A DNA stretch of 64,000 nucleotides from Takakia lepidozioides (lineage: Eukaryota; Plantae; Bryophyta). The stretch lies in contig CM060734.1 of assembly GCA_030704615.1 (NCBI GenBank), positions 38,254,001-38,318,000 of the forward strand, written 5' to 3'. The first letter of the stretch is position 1, and every line of letters starts with the position of its first letter. The translations under genes and the position numbers were made by a program. The notes beneath the pieces are model-generated. The model ran no database searches. It was not told the DNA's origin and saw only the letters and a program-made list of their open reading frames with translations. Shown piece by piece: positions 62,701 to 64,000 of the stretch.

Positions 62701-64000
62701 AAAGGATAAGTGTTGAAGAGCAGATCGGTAGCATTGCGAAGGGTGGACATGGTACGCTCATAGCAATCACACACTCATGCAGCGCAGTGGGAGCAGGAGT
62801 GGAAGATAGAATCAGAGGGAGAGAAAGAAACTTGAAACTTTACAATAAAAGGAACAAGAAAGAAAATAATGTCCAGGCCTGAAAGAGACGGTGCTTAAGA
62901 GTGTGTGAGAGAGAGAGGTAGGGAGAAAGAGAGAAAAGAAGAGGGCAAGAAGAAATTTATTAGAGACACAAAAAAGAAAAGAGTTTTAAGGGAGAGATTC
63001 TAGGCTCTAGTGAAGAGGTCTTCTAGTAAAGTTTGATGTGCGGTTCCTTCTTAGAACAGAAAAAAGGGGTACACTGAAGGGGACATGCCTCTCACTGGGA
63101 TTACTTTATCAACAAAAACTATGTGTGCATGCACCACATCCATGGTTGAACAAGGTCTGAAGAGTTCAAGTGAGGCAATGTCTTGGTGTAAGGGGGAGTG
63201 TAATTGACAGAGAGGGGGCCAGAAAGAGACAGGGTTAATGAATTTAACTGATCATGTCCAAAGCATTTGCCTTGAGGGATGTGAGAGAGCAGGAACCAAA
63301 AGTAAGATAGTTGATTATGGGGTACTTGCCGAGGCTTTAAGGCGACAAAGAGATCCAGACAAGTACAAGGAGGAAGCGAAGGCTGTCTTATCCATGGGAA
63401 TTCTTCATGATAATGCCCAGGTACTACTAATCGAACTCATTAAGTTTACTCCAAGGAGCTGGAGCATCACTAGAATTATCAGCATTATGAGGATCTTGGT
63501 TGACAGTGTCGACACAAAAAAATATCCGCATTGTCATCATTGTCCAATTTGCTGTGTTTTATTGGTCATAATTTTTATCTACTCTTCATCATCACCCAGT
63601 GACAAATAAGTTTGGAAAAGTCTTTCTGCTTATGAGATGACATTGATGACAGGATTATTCCAAGGCGGTGGACTGCTACCAAAGATACATGGGTTTGTGT
63701 ACTAAGATGGAAGATTATGATGGAGAGGCAATGGCCTTGAACTTCATGGGCTGTGCCATCCAAGAGTGTCAAGATTTGAAAAGTGCAACTTGCAGAGACA
63801 AGATTGTGCTTGCGGCAAGTGAGACTGGGTTATCAGATGTGGCAGTAGTTGAGGTACTTCCACTGGTCAGTTGTGTAGAATACTGACCTACTGACTGCAC
63901 ATCTGTCACCACAACAATGAGACCATAAGCCACCATAAACAAAGAGAGTAGCAGTAGTGGAAACTTCCCTGAAGTTGCTCAGATAAGCCAACCATGGAAA
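59751..64000 (+). CDS. Tetratricopeptide-repeat protein with a long low-complexity N-terminus; 3' part lies beyond the window
   Basis: Firm in-phase exons: about 62633-62751, 63293-63420 (GTKSKIVDYGVLAEALRRQ...EEAKAVLSMGILHDNAQ) and 63653-63853 (DYSKAVDCYQRYMGLCTKMEDYDGEAMALNFMGCAIQE). Tentative upstream exons: 59751-60339, 60726-60840 and 61149-61224. The start and the N-terminal linkage are uncertain. Confidence 0.6.

Overview
Eukaryotic nuclear DNA with spliceosomal GT-AG introns, most likely from a non-seed land plant. That assignment is inferred from a bryophyte-style metallothionein, PLS-class PPR fragments and a TPR gene resembling those of ciliated protists. Seven complete protein-coding genes were reconstructed by hand, and each has an in-frame exon sum: a 23-exon full-size ABCG/PDR transporter (-, 4027-15043, one GC-AG intron), CstF64 (+, 24172-29591), a RETICULATA-RELATED 4-like DUF3411 gene (+, 31032-36001), an ASCH-domain protein (+, 38272-40471), an EXORDIUM/Phi-1 protein (+, 44958-45986), a small 3-exon metallothionein absent from the ORF track (-, 47145-47887) and a MYBBP1A/Pol5-family gene (-, 49420-58225). 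A divergent TPR-repeat gene starts near 59.7 kb and runs off the right edge. Non-genic DNA includes PLS-PPR and copia RT debris (1-2600) and a nested transposon island (16.9-23.3 kb). The island holds an intron-split CACTA transposase pseudogene and three CAGTGTT-terminated hAT-type elements, two of which abut across a single 8-bp TSD. Also present are an OSB/PTAC9-like PDF-motif pseudogene (36.5-37.2 kb) and a textbook Helitron 3' end upstream of the EXORDIUM gene. No rRNA, tRNA or CRISPR features were seen. I could not establish a wholly new multi-gene system. The best leads are the hidden asymmetric metallothionein, the shared-TSD tandem hAT elements and the protist-like TPR gene.
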